The notes under the pieces: generated by a model
The model's input: only the letters and a program-made list of their open reading frames with translations
What the model was told of the DNA's origin: nothing
Database searches by the model: none
Assembly: GCA_013375475.1 (NCBI GenBank)
Contig: JABXKD010000009.1
Span: 1 to 57,600, forward strand
Origin: Promethearchaeota archaeon
Lineage (GTDB): Archaea; Asgardarchaeota; Lokiarchaeia; Sigyniarchaeales; SOKP01
Length of the DNA stretch: 57,600 nt
Reading direction: 5' to 3'
Shown here: positions 28,762 to 38,890 of the stretch, one piece after another
Numbering within the stretch: the stretch's first letter is position 1
How the letters are laid out: the number at the start of each line of letters is the position of its first letter
Position numbers and translations under genes: made by a program

Positions 28762-28964
28762 AATAATGAGCTCAATGAATATTTTTCAAATGAATACTCT
28801 TATTTATGAAATATACTCTTTATACTTTTCATCCTACTCAATGTCATTTATTAATTCATAAAACCTTAATACCAGTCAGTACAAAAGTTTTTAATTTTTT
28901 AATTAACTCTTTAAAACTAAGGTTCATTCCTAAAAATAAAGTAAGTATAAATATGGTTTTTCTT

Positions 28965-29558
28965 ATGAGCGAGTTAGAATTGGTAAAAATAATACTGCTT
29001 GGTAGAGGGGGTATGGGTATAGTAACTGCGTGTGAAATAATAGCAGAAGCTGCGTATTTAAGTGGAAATTTCATTGATGTCCAAGCTTATCCTTCCTTTG
29101 GAGCAGAAAGAAGAGGTGCCCCTATTCAAGCCTACGTAAAATTATCTAGAACTGAAAAAGTGTATGATCGTGCTCAAATTGAAAACCCAAATATTTTAAT
29201 CGTGTTTGATGATAGTGTGTTAACCAAAGATATAGCTCTATCTTTAGAAAAAAATGGCGTGTTTATAGTAAATTCAAATAAAAATCCCGAATATTTTGTT
29301 AATGAATACGATCTTAATAAAACGATAAAAGTTATTGTCGCGGATATTAATTTCTTAGCGATTGAAAAAAATTTAACGATAGACGGAAATCCTGTAATAA
29401 ATACTCCAATATTGGGTTTACTTTCAAAAGCTCTCCCTGATCTACATTTAGAGAACCTTAAAGACGTAATAGTGAATAAAATGGGAGAGAACTTAGGTAA
29501 CCTTAACTACGATTTGATCGAGAAAGGGTACAATATGGCAAAACTACTAGAACGCTGA
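28965..29558 (+). CDS. porC: 2-oxoacid:ferredoxin oxidoreductase gamma subunit
   Basis: GRGGMG, PSFGAERRGAP, INTPILG; start reset from 28806 to ATG 28965 because the longer ORF adds non-homologous sequence; substrate uncertain. Confidence 0.88.
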   Translation: MSELELVKIILLGRGGMGIVTACEIIAEAAYLSGNFIDVQAYPSFGAERRGAPIQAYVKLSRTEKVYDRAQIENPNILIVFDDSVLTKDIALSLEKNGVFIVNSNKNPEYFVNEYDLNKTIKVIVADINFLAIEKNLTIDGNPVINTPILGLLSKALPDLHLENLKDVIVNKMGENLGNLNYDLIEKGYNMAKLLER

Positions 29559-29572
29559 ATTTTTTTCCATTT

Positions 29573-31831
29573 CTAACACGAAATAGGTAATTTTACTATA
29601 AATGTACTTCCTTTATTTCTTCCTCCAGATTCAGCTCTAATTTCCCCTTCGTGTGAGTCAATGATCTCTTTTGAGATGTATAACCCTAGGCCCGTTCCTT
29701 GAATATCGATATATTCATAACCTTCACCATAACGCTCTAATTTACCAAATCGGGTAAATAACATATCCATCTCCTCTTGAGATATGCCAATTCCCGTGTC
29801 TTTTATAGATAATTCTACTGAGTTTTCTTTTTCCATCAAGTTTACACTTATCTCCCCCTTTGGAGGTGTATTTTTGATAGCATTCGAGAGCAAATTCATT
29901 ATTACTTGCTCGATCCTAACTTTGTCTAATTCAATGGTAAGATTTTCCGGAAGTATAAGCTTTAAACTAATATTTCTTTCCCTTATTGAATACATCAGTT
30001 CCTCCGATATCTCTCGTATCAAGGCACTAAAATCAGTTGGTTCTTTTACCAGTTTGAATTTTTCGTATTCGATGCGAGAAATATCAATCAAATTATCAAC
30101 TAAATGTTTTAATCTTTTACCTCCTTTCTCAATAAGTTCTAGTATTTCTAGTTCCTCTTTTTTTAATTTATCACCATAAAGGGTCAATAGCAATTCGCAG
30201 CCTCCACTAACAGAAACGAGTGGAGTTTTCAATTCATGAGAAACCCTGGAAATTAAGTTTTTTCTAATTTTATCAAGTTCTTTCAATTTTTTAACTTCCT
30301 CGTTAATTAAGAACTCGGCCTCTTTTTTTGCCGTAATATCTGTAAATAGCGCTTGGACGAATGTTTCATCATTAATTTTCATTAAGGCTGCTTGCAAATT
30401 TGTCCAAATTGTCGTTCCATCCTTAGTTTGTATTTGTACATCTATCCTGTGTATTTTTTCTCCCTTTAAAAACTGTTTAAAAAGTGTTAAAATTGTAGGT
30501 AAATAGTCTGGATGTATAATTGAGACATCCATGAATTTGCGGCCAAGAATTTCTTCTGGGGAATAAGCAAACATCAGAGTTGCTTTAGGATTCATGTCAA
30601 CAACTATTCCTTTAGTGTTAATTAGTACTACTGAAAAAGGTGTGTTATCATAAAGGTTGCGGTATTTTTTCTCTGATTCTCTTAGCTTTTCCTCTAATTT
30701 ATATCTTTCTGTGATATCGATAAAGGTTCCTTCAATTCCATAAGGAATTCCCTGTTTATCTAGCATTAAATGAGAATTTAGTTGAACAACAACCTTCTTA
30801 CCATACTTTGTCAAAGACGGGCATATAAAGTTCTTAACAAAAGTATCACGTAAAATTTTCTTTTTGTATTCATCTCGATCTTCGGGATATTGCCAGAAAT
30901 CTGTTACTTTTTTGCCTATTAAACTTTCTGAAAGGTCGTATTCTAAAATCTTATTATGTGCTGGATTATGATTTAGCATTATTCCGTCTAAAGTAACTTG
31001 ATAAAAACCAACATCAAGATTATTAACCATGTTACGATATTTGAGCTCGGATTCTTTTAAGCCCTCTTCCGCTTTTTTTCTTTCTGTGATGTCTTCTGTA
31101 CGTACAACTATTAAATCTGGATCTACATAGCTATAATTTACAAGTAGGAATTTTTCTTCATTAGAGTATTGAAATCGGTAATTAACTTCTCGTCTAATAT
31201 GAGTTTTATCATTAAAACACAAATGTAAATCATTTAAAATGTCTAAGCGATCTTTGTACATTTCAGTTGCTTTATTTCCTAAAAAGTTTTCTACGATTCC
31301 ATGTGTTATTTTTTCCGCAGCGTGGTTGTAATCGATTAAAATAAAATCCCCGTTCATCTTTTTCCAAGTATAAGCAGGTATTGATCCTTCTTTAAACAAA
31401 GCCTTGAACATATCTGTTGATTCCGTTAACTTCTTTACTGCGTTTTTACGCTCCGTTATGTTTTTAGCTACTCCTAATACGGCGTATAACTCACCATCTT
31501 TCTTAAGAGGAATTCCATAGGTTTCTAGGTAAATATAATCCCCCATTTTAGTTTTAAGTTTGTACTCACTCTGAGCAGACTGTTTTCCTGTTTTTTTTAT
31601 CTCCTTCGTTACTTTGTAAGCTTTTATTAAATTATCTCTATCTAGGAAATCAATAAAAGAAACATTAGGGATATCTTCTCTCTCCATACCAAGAGCAATT
31701 AATGTTAAATCACTAGCATCAAGGAAATTACCATTCAAATCATTAACATAAATTAAATCTAACGAGTGTTCAAACAGTTCTTTGTATTTTTCTCTTACTT
31801 CTTTTCTATTATACTCTATATTTATCACCAA
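29573..31831 (-). CDS. Soluble sensor histidine kinase with four PAS/PAC domains
   Basis: Four PAS repeats ending NITERK/DITERK/DITERY/DITAKK; SHELKTPL, NLLSNAIK, DTGIG, GTGLGL. Confidence 0.93.
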   Translation of the reverse strand: MVINIEYNRKEVREKYKELFEHSLDLIYVNDLNGNFLDASDLTLIALGMEREDIPNVSFIDFLDRDNLIKAYKVTKEIKKTGKQSAQSEYKLKTKMGDYIYLETYGIPLKKDGELYAVLGVAKNITERKNAVKKLTESTDMFKALFKEGSIPAYTWKKMNGDFILIDYNHAAEKITHGIVENFLGNKATEMYKDRLDILNDLHLCFNDKTHIRREVNYRFQYSNEEKFLLVNYSYVDPDLIVVRTEDITERKKAEEGLKESELKYRNMVNNLDVGFYQVTLDGIMLNHNPAHNKILEYDLSESLIGKKVTDFWQYPEDRDEYKKKILRDTFVKNFICPSLTKYGKKVVVQLNSHLMLDKQGIPYGIEGTFIDITERYKLEEKLRESEKKYRNLYDNTPFSVVLINTKGIVVDMNPKATLMFAYSPEEILGRKFMDVSIIHPDYLPTILTLFKQFLKGEKIHRIDVQIQTKDGTTIWTNLQAALMKINDETFVQALFTDITAKKEAEFLINEEVKKLKELDKIRKNLISRVSHELKTPLVSVSGGCELLLTLYGDKLKKEELEILELIEKGGKRLKHLVDNLIDISRIEYEKFKLVKEPTDFSALIREISEELMYSIRERNISLKLILPENLTIELDKVRIEQVIMNLLSNAIKNTPPKGEISVNLMEKENSVELSIKDTGIGISQEEMDMLFTRFGKLERYGEGYEYIDIQGTGLGLYISKEIIDSHEGEIRAESGGRNKGSTFIVKLPISC

Positions 31832-32094
31832 AAGACTTGAAATTTATGCATTACTGATATTTTTCTAAAGAGATAATGAAATTGTTGAATATAAAATTCT
31901 TTCGATTTCCAAACGATAATAGCCTAAATTCTTTTCTTGGTGAAATATATATTCAGCTTTTTTCCAGGTCAAAACGAAACTGATTTTTTATAGAATTCTT
32001 GACATCAAACCCTATTTTAATTAATAGGAAGAGTTTTATTACAAGAGATACAAATTTTTATATCGGTTATGATTCAATAAATTGTGAAATATCT

Positions 32095-32394
32095 ATGGTA
32101 AATACTAAAAAAGATTATCAAAAAATCCTAGGATCAGTCCAAAAACCCGTTAAAGGTGAAGCTGGAAAAACAGGAACATGGAGTCCTAAGAAACCTATAA
32201 TAGATCTAGAAAAATGCATTCCCGTAAAATCTGGAAAACCTAGCTGTTTTAATTGTTGGCTATATTGCCCAGAAGCAGTAGTAACCCGGACTATCCCTCC
32301 AGAAATAGATTTAGAATATTGCAAGGGATGCGGAATCTGTCAGGAAGAATGTCCCGTGAAAGCAATTTCAATGGAAGAGGTGAAAATTGAGTGA
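32095..32394 (+). CDS. porD: 2-oxoacid:ferredoxin oxidoreductase delta subunit
   Basis: KTGTW..KKP, CFNCWLYCPE, YCKGCGICQEECP; start reset to ATG 32095. Confidence 0.9.
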   Translation: MVNTKKDYQKILGSVQKPVKGEAGKTGTWSPKKPIIDLEKCIPVKSGKPSCFNCWLYCPEAVVTRTIPPEIDLEYCKGCGICQEECPVKAISMEEVKIE

Positions 32395-33686
32395 CAATCA
32401 CAGAAAAAAAACATGACTCAAGCGATAGAAAAATAAAAATTATAACTGGAAACCACGCTGCAGCACATGCTCTTAGGCAAGCGAGAGTTGGAGTCATAGC
32501 AGCTTATCCAATAACTCCACAGAGTCCTGTTGTGGAGAAAATCGCAGAATTTATTTCAGAAGGAAAACTAAAAGCAAGATTTGTTAAAGTAGAATCAGAA
32601 CATTCCGCACTCGCGGTATGTTGCGCGGCTTCCGCTACAGGTTCTAGAGTGGGTACAGCAACCTCTTCACATGGTTTGATGTATATGTATGAGCTTTTAC
32701 CATGGGCTTCCGGAAATCGTCTACCGATAATAATCAATTTAGCTACCAGAGCTACTGGTGCCCCTTGGTCTGTTTGGACAGATCATCAAGATTTTATAAC
32801 CATACGCGATGTTGGTTGGATCCAGATGTTTTGTATGGATAATCAAGAAATATACGATACTAACATACAAGTTTTCAAAATATCTGAAGATCCTCGAGTC
32901 TTTCTTCCATCTATCGTTGCATATGATGGTTATATTTTATCTCATACGATGATGCCAGTTTCTATTGAAAATCAAGAGGACATTGATAATTTTTTACCTC
33001 CATTAGAACATCATTACAACCTTTCTGATGTGTCTATCGTGAAAGGAATAGATCCAGTAACCACACCTCATATAAGAGATAGAGGTTCTGAAGGAACAGC
33101 TCCGGGATATTTTGAATATAGATATGCAATGCAAAAAGCTCTTGAAAATTCAATTGAAATCATAATGGAGGTCCACGATGAATTTTCAGAAAAATTTGGA
33201 CGATCCTATGGAAATGGGATTTATAAAACTTATTTGACGGAAGACGCTGATATAGTAATATTTGCAATGGGATCAGTAGCTTCTCAAGCGCGAAATGTTA
33301 TCAGTCAGCTTCGTAAAGAAGGATTAAAAGTCGGATTAGTTAGTTTAAAACTATTTAGGCCTTTTCCCGTAACTCTATTACGAGATTTGTTTAAAGAAAC
33401 AAAAATCGTGGTAGTTTTTGATAGAGATATTGGTTATGGTTATGAAGGGGTTCTTTCATATGAATTGAAAGCAGCTTTATACGGTTTGAAACAAGCCCCG
33501 TTTATCAAAGGATTTATCGTAGGATTAGGCGGAAGGGATGTAACCGACCAACATATTGCTAAAGGAGTGACTAAAGCAATAAAAGAATCAGAAAAAGGAA
33601 AAATTTCCCATGAAACTGATTTTATTGGGTTAAAACTGGACAATTTAGCTGATTATGATGAGGAAGATTATTTTAAAGGAGGATAA
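32391..33686 (+). CDS. porA: 2-oxoacid:ferredoxin oxidoreductase alpha subunit
   Basis: GNHAAA, AYPITPQS, VESEHSA, TATSSHGL, FRPFP, GLGGRD. Confidence 0.93.
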   Translation: MTITEKKHDSSDRKIKIITGNHAAAHALRQARVGVIAAYPITPQSPVVEKIAEFISEGKLKARFVKVESEHSALAVCCAASATGSRVGTATSSHGLMYMYELLPWASGNRLPIIINLATRATGAPWSVWTDHQDFITIRDVGWIQMFCMDNQEIYDTNIQVFKISEDPRVFLPSIVAYDGYILSHTMMPVSIENQEDIDNFLPPLEHHYNLSDVSIVKGIDPVTTPHIRDRGSEGTAPGYFEYRYAMQKALENSIEIIMEVHDEFSEKFGRSYGNGIYKTYLTEDADIVIFAMGSVASQARNVISQLRKEGLKVGLVSLKLFRPFPVTLLRDLFKETKIVVVFDRDIGYGYEGVLSYELKAALYGLKQAPFIKGFIVGLGGRDVTDQHIAKGVTKAIKESEKGKISHETDFIGLKLDNLADYDEEDYFKGG

Positions 33687-33691
33687 AAAAA

Positions 33692-34591
33692 ATGGTTAAA
33701 TTAATGGAAATTCCTGAAGAAGAATATATATTTCCTGGCACTAGAGCTTGTGCGGGATGTTCAATGGCATTAATATATAGAATAGCTCTTAAAGCAATGG
33801 GTCCAAAAACAATAATTACAGTTCCGGCATCCTGTTTAACTGTTTTACACGGTATGCAAGGATTCTGTACAACCAAAGTTTCTGTTCTTCACACTCCGTT
33901 TGCTACTACAGGTGCTTCAGCTTCGGGAATTGTTGCTTCACTTGAAGATAAGGGCTTAGCTGACGATGTGAATGTACTTGCTTTCGCAGGAGATGGTGGA
34001 ACCGTCGATATAGGAATTCAGAGTTTAAGTGGAGCTGTTGAAAGAGGTACGAATTTTATTTACGCTTGTTACGATAATGAGGCTTACATGAATACAGGGG
34101 TTCAAAGAAGTGGAAGTACGCCACCTGGTGCTTATAGCACTACTACTCCTAACGGTAAAACGGGATATAAGAAAAATATGGCTAAAATTCTAGAGGCTCA
34201 TGGAATTCCTTATGTTGCTACGGCTATTTCTTCCTACCCTCTTGATTTATACGAGAAATTTAAAAACGCTCAAAAAATTCAAGGTCCAAAATACATTCAT
34301 ATCCTCGCTCCATGCCCCCCAGGGTGGGGATATAACCCTAAGGACTCAATTGAGATTGGGAGATTAGCAGTTCAAACAGGATTCTGGCCGCTATACGAAG
34401 TTATTGAAGGTAAATTTATCTTATCAAAGGATAGTCAAAGATTCATAGATCCTGCTAAAAGAAAACCTATTGTAGAATATTTAAACATTCAAAAGAGGTT
34501 TAAAGACATTTCTGATGAATATATTGAACAATATAAAAGTTATATTGAAGCACAGTGGAAAGAGATTGAAAGAAGAATTAAAAATGAATAA
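33692..34591 (+). CDS. porB: 2-oxoacid:ferredoxin oxidoreductase beta subunit
   Basis: ACAGC, GDGGTVDIG, DNEAYMNTGVQRS, APCPPGW. Confidence 0.93.
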   Translation: MVKLMEIPEEEYIFPGTRACAGCSMALIYRIALKAMGPKTIITVPASCLTVLHGMQGFCTTKVSVLHTPFATTGASASGIVASLEDKGLADDVNVLAFAGDGGTVDIGIQSLSGAVERGTNFIYACYDNEAYMNTGVQRSGSTPPGAYSTTTPNGKTGYKKNMAKILEAHGIPYVATAISSYPLDLYEKFKNAQKIQGPKYIHILAPCPPGWGYNPKDSIEIGRLAVQTGFWPLYEVIEGKFILSKDSQRFIDPAKRKPIVEYLNIQKRFKDISDEYIEQYKSYIEAQWKEIERRIKNE

Positions 34592-34706
34592 ACCATTTTC
34601 TTCGCAATACTTCATAAAAATCTGATTTTTTTTGTTTTCCCTAACAAAGTAGTTTAGATATAGAAAAAAATATAAATTAATTAGAGTTAAAATTACTTGA
34701 ATATCT

Positions 34707-35492
34707 ATGCTAAAAACATACATTTTCGACGATTCTAACAAAAAATGGATTGAAGAAGATAAAAGTTTACTGTACCACGATCTGTGTGCTATTTTGGACG
34801 AAGAGCGGAATATTATTTATTTATGGAATGGACCAAAAAGCTCTCAAGAAAAACTTAAAAAAGGATATAGTCTATTAGAAACTTTAATGTCCTACTACCC
34901 AACCATAAATTTTAAACTGTCAATATTAAAGAAAAAAGTACCAAGTGATATTCAAGATAGGATAGATCTAATGTTAAATAAAATAAAACAAGAAGAAAAA
35001 AAAGATTATTACAAATTTTCCCGATTTACGACCTTAAGGTTATATTTTATTCTTTTGTTAGGTTCAATAATTTTTCCTATCTTATCTTATCTAAATCTTG
35101 TTTCTTCATTAATGTGGACAAAATCAAACATTAATTTTGAAATTGGAGCAGAAGCATATAACAATTGGTTGTTAATTTCCTTTATTTTAATATTGATTTC
35201 TTTAATTTTCTTTAGTATTATGATAATTATAGGAATTATTGAAATTGAATACCAAGCTATAGTTTTTTCCTTGTTAGGGGTATTAGTTTGTATCGGTTTA
35301 GTTATTTACTTACAGCAAGGAATATTTTTGTTTTTGTTTCAAGGAGGTTCTTCTTCTTCAATTTATTATTTCAGACAAAATGATATAGTTGAGTTTCTAA
35401 TCTTAATTATCTTGGGAATTTTAGTTTTTGAAATACCAAATACGATAAAACTTATCTCATTGATGAAGAATTATAGAAAATTCATTTTTTGA
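34707..35492 (+). CDS. Membrane protein with N-terminal gelsolin-like domain and four TM helices
   Basis: DLCAILDEERNIIYLWNGPKSSQEK matches the gelsolin-repeat core D-x-x-x-I-L-D...I-Y-x-W-x-G-x-x-S-S-x-x-K; four hydrophobic stretches after residue ~112. Confidence 0.7.
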   Translation: MLKTYIFDDSNKKWIEEDKSLLYHDLCAILDEERNIIYLWNGPKSSQEKLKKGYSLLETLMSYYPTINFKLSILKKKVPSDIQDRIDLMLNKIKQEEKKDYYKFSRFTTLRLYFILLLGSIIFPILSYLNLVSSLMWTKSNINFEIGAEAYNNWLLISFILILISLIFFSIMIIIGIIEIEYQAIVFSLLGVLVCIGLVIYLQQGIFLFLFQGGSSSSIYYFRQNDIVEFLILIILGILVFEIPNTIKLISLMKNYRKFIF

Positions 35493-35545
35493 AATAATAC
35501 CTGTTAAAATGTTTAATTATTAAGAAAAGTTTTGAAGTTATCAGT

Positions 35546-36427
35546 ATGGCTGAAGCAGCAAAAATTCTTCCGGATATGGAAAAAGAAGATCTAAGAATTC
35601 TAATGGCAATTGAAATAGGAATGAAAAGATCTGAATATGTTACGGTAAACAACATAAAGTTTTATTCCAGATATCCAATAGAAGAAACCCTTTTTCGTCT
35701 TAAAAAAGTACATAAATGGAATCTAATTGTAAGAGACTCTTCTAAAAGCGAGGTGGGTTATACGCTAAATTCTATTGGTTATGATGTATTGGGGCTTCAC
35801 ACTTTAGTTGAGAAGAAGATAATAAGTCAATTAGGGCCTTTAATCGGTAAAGGAAAAGAATCAGATGTTTACGGGTGTATGGATGATAGTAAGAACATAT
35901 TCGCTTTAAAAATTTATAGGATAGGTAGAACCAGTTTCAAAAATATTAAAAAGTTAAGAAGTTTTCAAGGGGATCGAAAACACATTTCCTGGTTATACGT
36001 TAATAGACTTGCAGCTAAAAAGGAATTTGAAGCTTTAGGTGAAATTTATAAACTCAAATTGGACACTCCCAAGCCAATAGATTTTAATAGACACATAATA
36101 GTGATGTCATACCTGAGAGGAAAGGAATTAGCATATTCTCAAAATATCAAAAAACCAAGTAAGGTTTTCAATAAAATTATTAAACAAATCAAAGAAATAT
36201 ACCAGAATGCGAATATGATACATGGAGATTTAGGAGAATTTAATATTGTCTTAGATCATAAAGATAATATCTTGATTATTGATTGGTTACAATGGGTTCC
36301 CTCAGATCACCCAAATGCTAAATCTCTATTAGAGCGAGATATAGAGAATGTATGTAATTTCTTCAAAAAGAAATATCATGTCGAAAGCGACCCCTATGAG
36401 ATTATTCAATCGTTCTATAACAAATAG
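35546..36427 (+). CDS. rio2: RIO2-type serine/threonine kinase
   Basis: N-terminal wHTH (GYTLNSIGYDVL), GKGKESDVY, RIGRTSF, HGDLGEFNI, IIDW.Q. Confidence 0.93.
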   Translation: MAEAAKILPDMEKEDLRILMAIEIGMKRSEYVTVNNIKFYSRYPIEETLFRLKKVHKWNLIVRDSSKSEVGYTLNSIGYDVLGLHTLVEKKIISQLGPLIGKGKESDVYGCMDDSKNIFALKIYRIGRTSFKNIKKLRSFQGDRKHISWLYVNRLAAKKEFEALGEIYKLKLDTPKPIDFNRHIIVMSYLRGKELAYSQNIKKPSKVFNKIIKQIKEIYQNANMIHGDLGEFNIVLDHKDNILIIDWLQWVPSDHPNAKSLLERDIENVCNFFKKKYHVESDPYEIIQSFYNK

Positions 36428-36434
36428 TTTTAAA

Positions 36435-37034
36435 TCAATCCTTTTTTAGGTCTCCTTGGATGATTACATCTTCTAATTCTCCAAAAATATCTGTTCTCAG
36501 ATTGTTCGTACACGAATTCAAATATAAAATCACTTCCTCCAACTTTAGTTGTTTGCGCAATATTGATAATTTTAAAGCAGTATCCTCCTTACCCACTCTA
36601 ACTAGTTCTTTTAGTCCCTTCTTTAAATCTTGTAAGTTCTGAAGAGATGTGGTTGAAAAGATTAGATTAAATTTAGCCTCTCTAAATGGTAAATTTTCAA
36701 TATCACCTAAAATTAAATTACTGTTTCCTCTATAATTTGAACGTCTAGTTTTCATATAAAATTGCACAAGCATTTTCCAAGAGATGTCTAATCCGACGTA
36801 CCTAATTTCTCTATTTAAATTAACAAATTTCAAGTTAGAAATGTATTCAAATAAAAGTCCTGTTCCACAACCCGCATCTAAAAGAGTTTTATACTTAAAA
36901 TCAGTATTTTTAAATTGTAGAGCATACTTCTCATTTTGTATTTTCCTATATCTATCGTCGTAGAAGCTTGAAGTTGAATTATATTTCTCAATAATTATTT
37001 TTTTCTTGTCTGAATCTTCATTTAAAGGGGTCAA
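36435..37034 (-). CDS. Class I SAM-dependent methyltransferase
   Basis: LLDAGCGTG, GLDISWKML, GDIENLPF. Confidence 0.9.
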   Translation of the reverse strand: MTPLNEDSDKKKIIIEKYNSTSSFYDDRYRKIQNEKYALQFKNTDFKYKTLLDAGCGTGLLFEYISNLKFVNLNREIRYVGLDISWKMLVQFYMKTRRSNYRGNSNLILGDIENLPFREAKFNLIFSTTSLQNLQDLKKGLKELVRVGKEDTALKLSILRKQLKLEEVILYLNSCTNNLRTDIFGELEDVIIQGDLKKD

Positions 37035-37128
37035 TATTCTTAGAAAGGTTTTAATTGAAAAAAGTTTTTCTTTAAATTATCTGTTCAATAATTATATTAA
37101 ATAATGTTTTTTTGATAAAGGTTATAAT

Positions 37129-37383
37129 ATGTCTAATCAAAACAATAGAAATAAAAACCCATTGAATATTTTACAAGCTGCGCAAAACAGCCAAATCTTG
37201 CTCAGATTAAAAGATGGGACGGAATATAGGGGATTATTAAAGGAAATCGACGCATATATGAACATGATTTTAGAAAATTGCACAGAGCTCATGGAAGGCA
37301 GCCCTGTGGCGAAATACAGCGAGATTTTTATACGCGGTAATAATCTACTGTTTATAAAGCCAGATGCTTCTCAGATTATGTAA
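37129..37383 (+). CDS. Sm-like (LSm/SmAP) RNA-binding protein
   Basis: PLNIL..LRLKDG.EYRG.L...D.YMNMIL (Sm1), IFIRGNN (Sm2). Confidence 0.93.
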   Translation: MSNQNNRNKNPLNILQAAQNSQILLRLKDGTEYRGLLKEIDAYMNMILENCTELMEGSPVAKYSEIFIRGNNLLFIKPDASQIM

Positions 37384-37397
37384 ATTGAGAGCTAAAA

Positions 37398-37841
37398 TTG
37401 ATCGCAAATAACTCAACGTGTTTTAATCTCATTCCAATTGTTGGTTATGGTACTTTCATTACTCGGAATCTTTGGGTAGATAAAGCTAATGTTGAGGTTT
37501 GCCTTGTAAAAAATTTTACAAGGATTTATCCTAAAGGAAACTGGTTTCCTTACGCTTTAAGGTCGAATGGTTCTTTTAAAGCTTTAAAATTTAATGTAAA
37601 CAAGCAAGAATTAGAAACTTTAGACCTAATTGAAGGAGTTAATGAAGGATTATTTGAAAGAGTAAACACAGAAATTTATCTCAAAAATAGTAGAAAATCA
37701 TCTGCTTTCATATATATACCTACAAATAATACAATAGCATCACAAAACTTAACTCTAGAAATAGATAAAACAGATCGATGGATAGAAGAAATATTAAAAA
37801 ATTCTAAAGTTATACACGAATTTCCTGAATTAGTGACATAG
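37398..37841 (+). CDS. Gamma-glutamylcyclotransferase-like protein
   Basis: VGYGT, LETLDLIEG..G.FER, AFIY; start codon uncertain. Confidence 0.7.
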   Translation: MIANNSTCFNLIPIVGYGTFITRNLWVDKANVEVCLVKNFTRIYPKGNWFPYALRSNGSFKALKFNVNKQELETLDLIEGVNEGLFERVNTEIYLKNSRKSSAFIYIPTNNTIASQNLTLEIDKTDRWIEEILKNSKVIHEFPELVT

Positions 37842-37846
37842 TTGAA

Positions 37847-38734
37847 TTATTCAACTATTTTTGGTCGAACAGAGTCTCTTTTTATTATAGCATAGGATGC
37901 TGGATTTTTTCCTCGATAATTAGCAGAAGAAAAGATCGATAATAACTTCTTATTGAAAAACCATTTATATCCTTCAGGAAATAATTCATGACTTCTAATT
38001 AAGTGATTTAACTTGTTTTTTTCCATAAAATCCTTAAAAACATCCTCTCCAAAATTTTTGATATCTTTTCCTCTAAAACTATCTGAAAAACCAGTTAAAT
38101 TAGATTTGGGGTCATTCCACATTATTTGCTTTAGACTTTTAGCTACACTCTTGTTTAATAAAGCTAAATCTTTTGTTTTTACTCCTTTCAATTTCTTTAA
38201 AACTTCAAAATCCTCTGGAATTCCTCCATGAATACATAACACGGTTCTATTTACTAAAGCGCAGATAGGGAGAACCTTATACAATGCTAAAACATCTTTG
38301 AATTTACTCTGATCCTTAAACTTGAAAATAAAATCTTGGTAAAATCCATAATATTGGTTAATTTCTAATGACTCATGGTTTCCTTTTAAAAAAAAATATT
38401 TATTAGGTTGCTTTATTTTTAGAGCAAGTATCAAAATTAAACATTCTAATTGATGTGGGCCTCTATCAACAATATCACCTAAGAATATTACATATCTAGG
38501 ATTAGCTTGTTCAATAATCTTAATTATTTTTAATAGACTTACTAGATTACCGTGAATATCACCAATTACGAAAGTCTCACTACCAAAATCTTCAACATTT
38601 AACTCCATAACTAAAGTCTCTTCTTTCAAAATATCTTCTACTTTATTTAAAATCTGTGAAATCTTATGAAATTCTAACTCCGATATTTTGTATGGATTTG
38701 CAATTATATCATTCAAAATATTTTCATTTGTCAT
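37847..38734 (-). CDS. PPP-family serine/threonine protein phosphatase
   Basis: GDIHG, GDIVDRG, LKGNHE, HGGI, MWNDP, IRSHE, SIFSSANY. Confidence 0.93.
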   Translation of the reverse strand: MTNENILNDIIANPYKISELEFHKISQILNKVEDILKEETLVMELNVEDFGSETFVIGDIHGNLVSLLKIIKIIEQANPRYVIFLGDIVDRGPHQLECLILILALKIKQPNKYFFLKGNHESLEINQYYGFYQDFIFKFKDQSKFKDVLALYKVLPICALVNRTVLCIHGGIPEDFEVLKKLKGVKTKDLALLNKSVAKSLKQIMWNDPKSNLTGFSDSFRGKDIKNFGEDVFKDFMEKNKLNHLIRSHELFPEGYKWFFNKKLLSIFSSANYRGKNPASYAIIKRDSVRPKIVE

Positions 38735-38890
38735 TTCTCAATATCAATTGCACATTAATTTTTTATTTATCTCAATCGGTTATGGTTTAATTTTTAAATT
38801 AGTACCTTATATTTTAATAAATAAGGGATTTGATTATAAAAATTAGTATAAAAAATTGATTTTTTTTAGTTAAACTTCCATAAAAATCCG

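Noticed and set aside
28806-28964. N-terminal extension of the gamma subunit (likewise 31999-32094 for delta and 46123-46254 for Mut7-C)
   Set aside because: AT-rich promoter-like sequence without homology; internal ATGs match the family starts.
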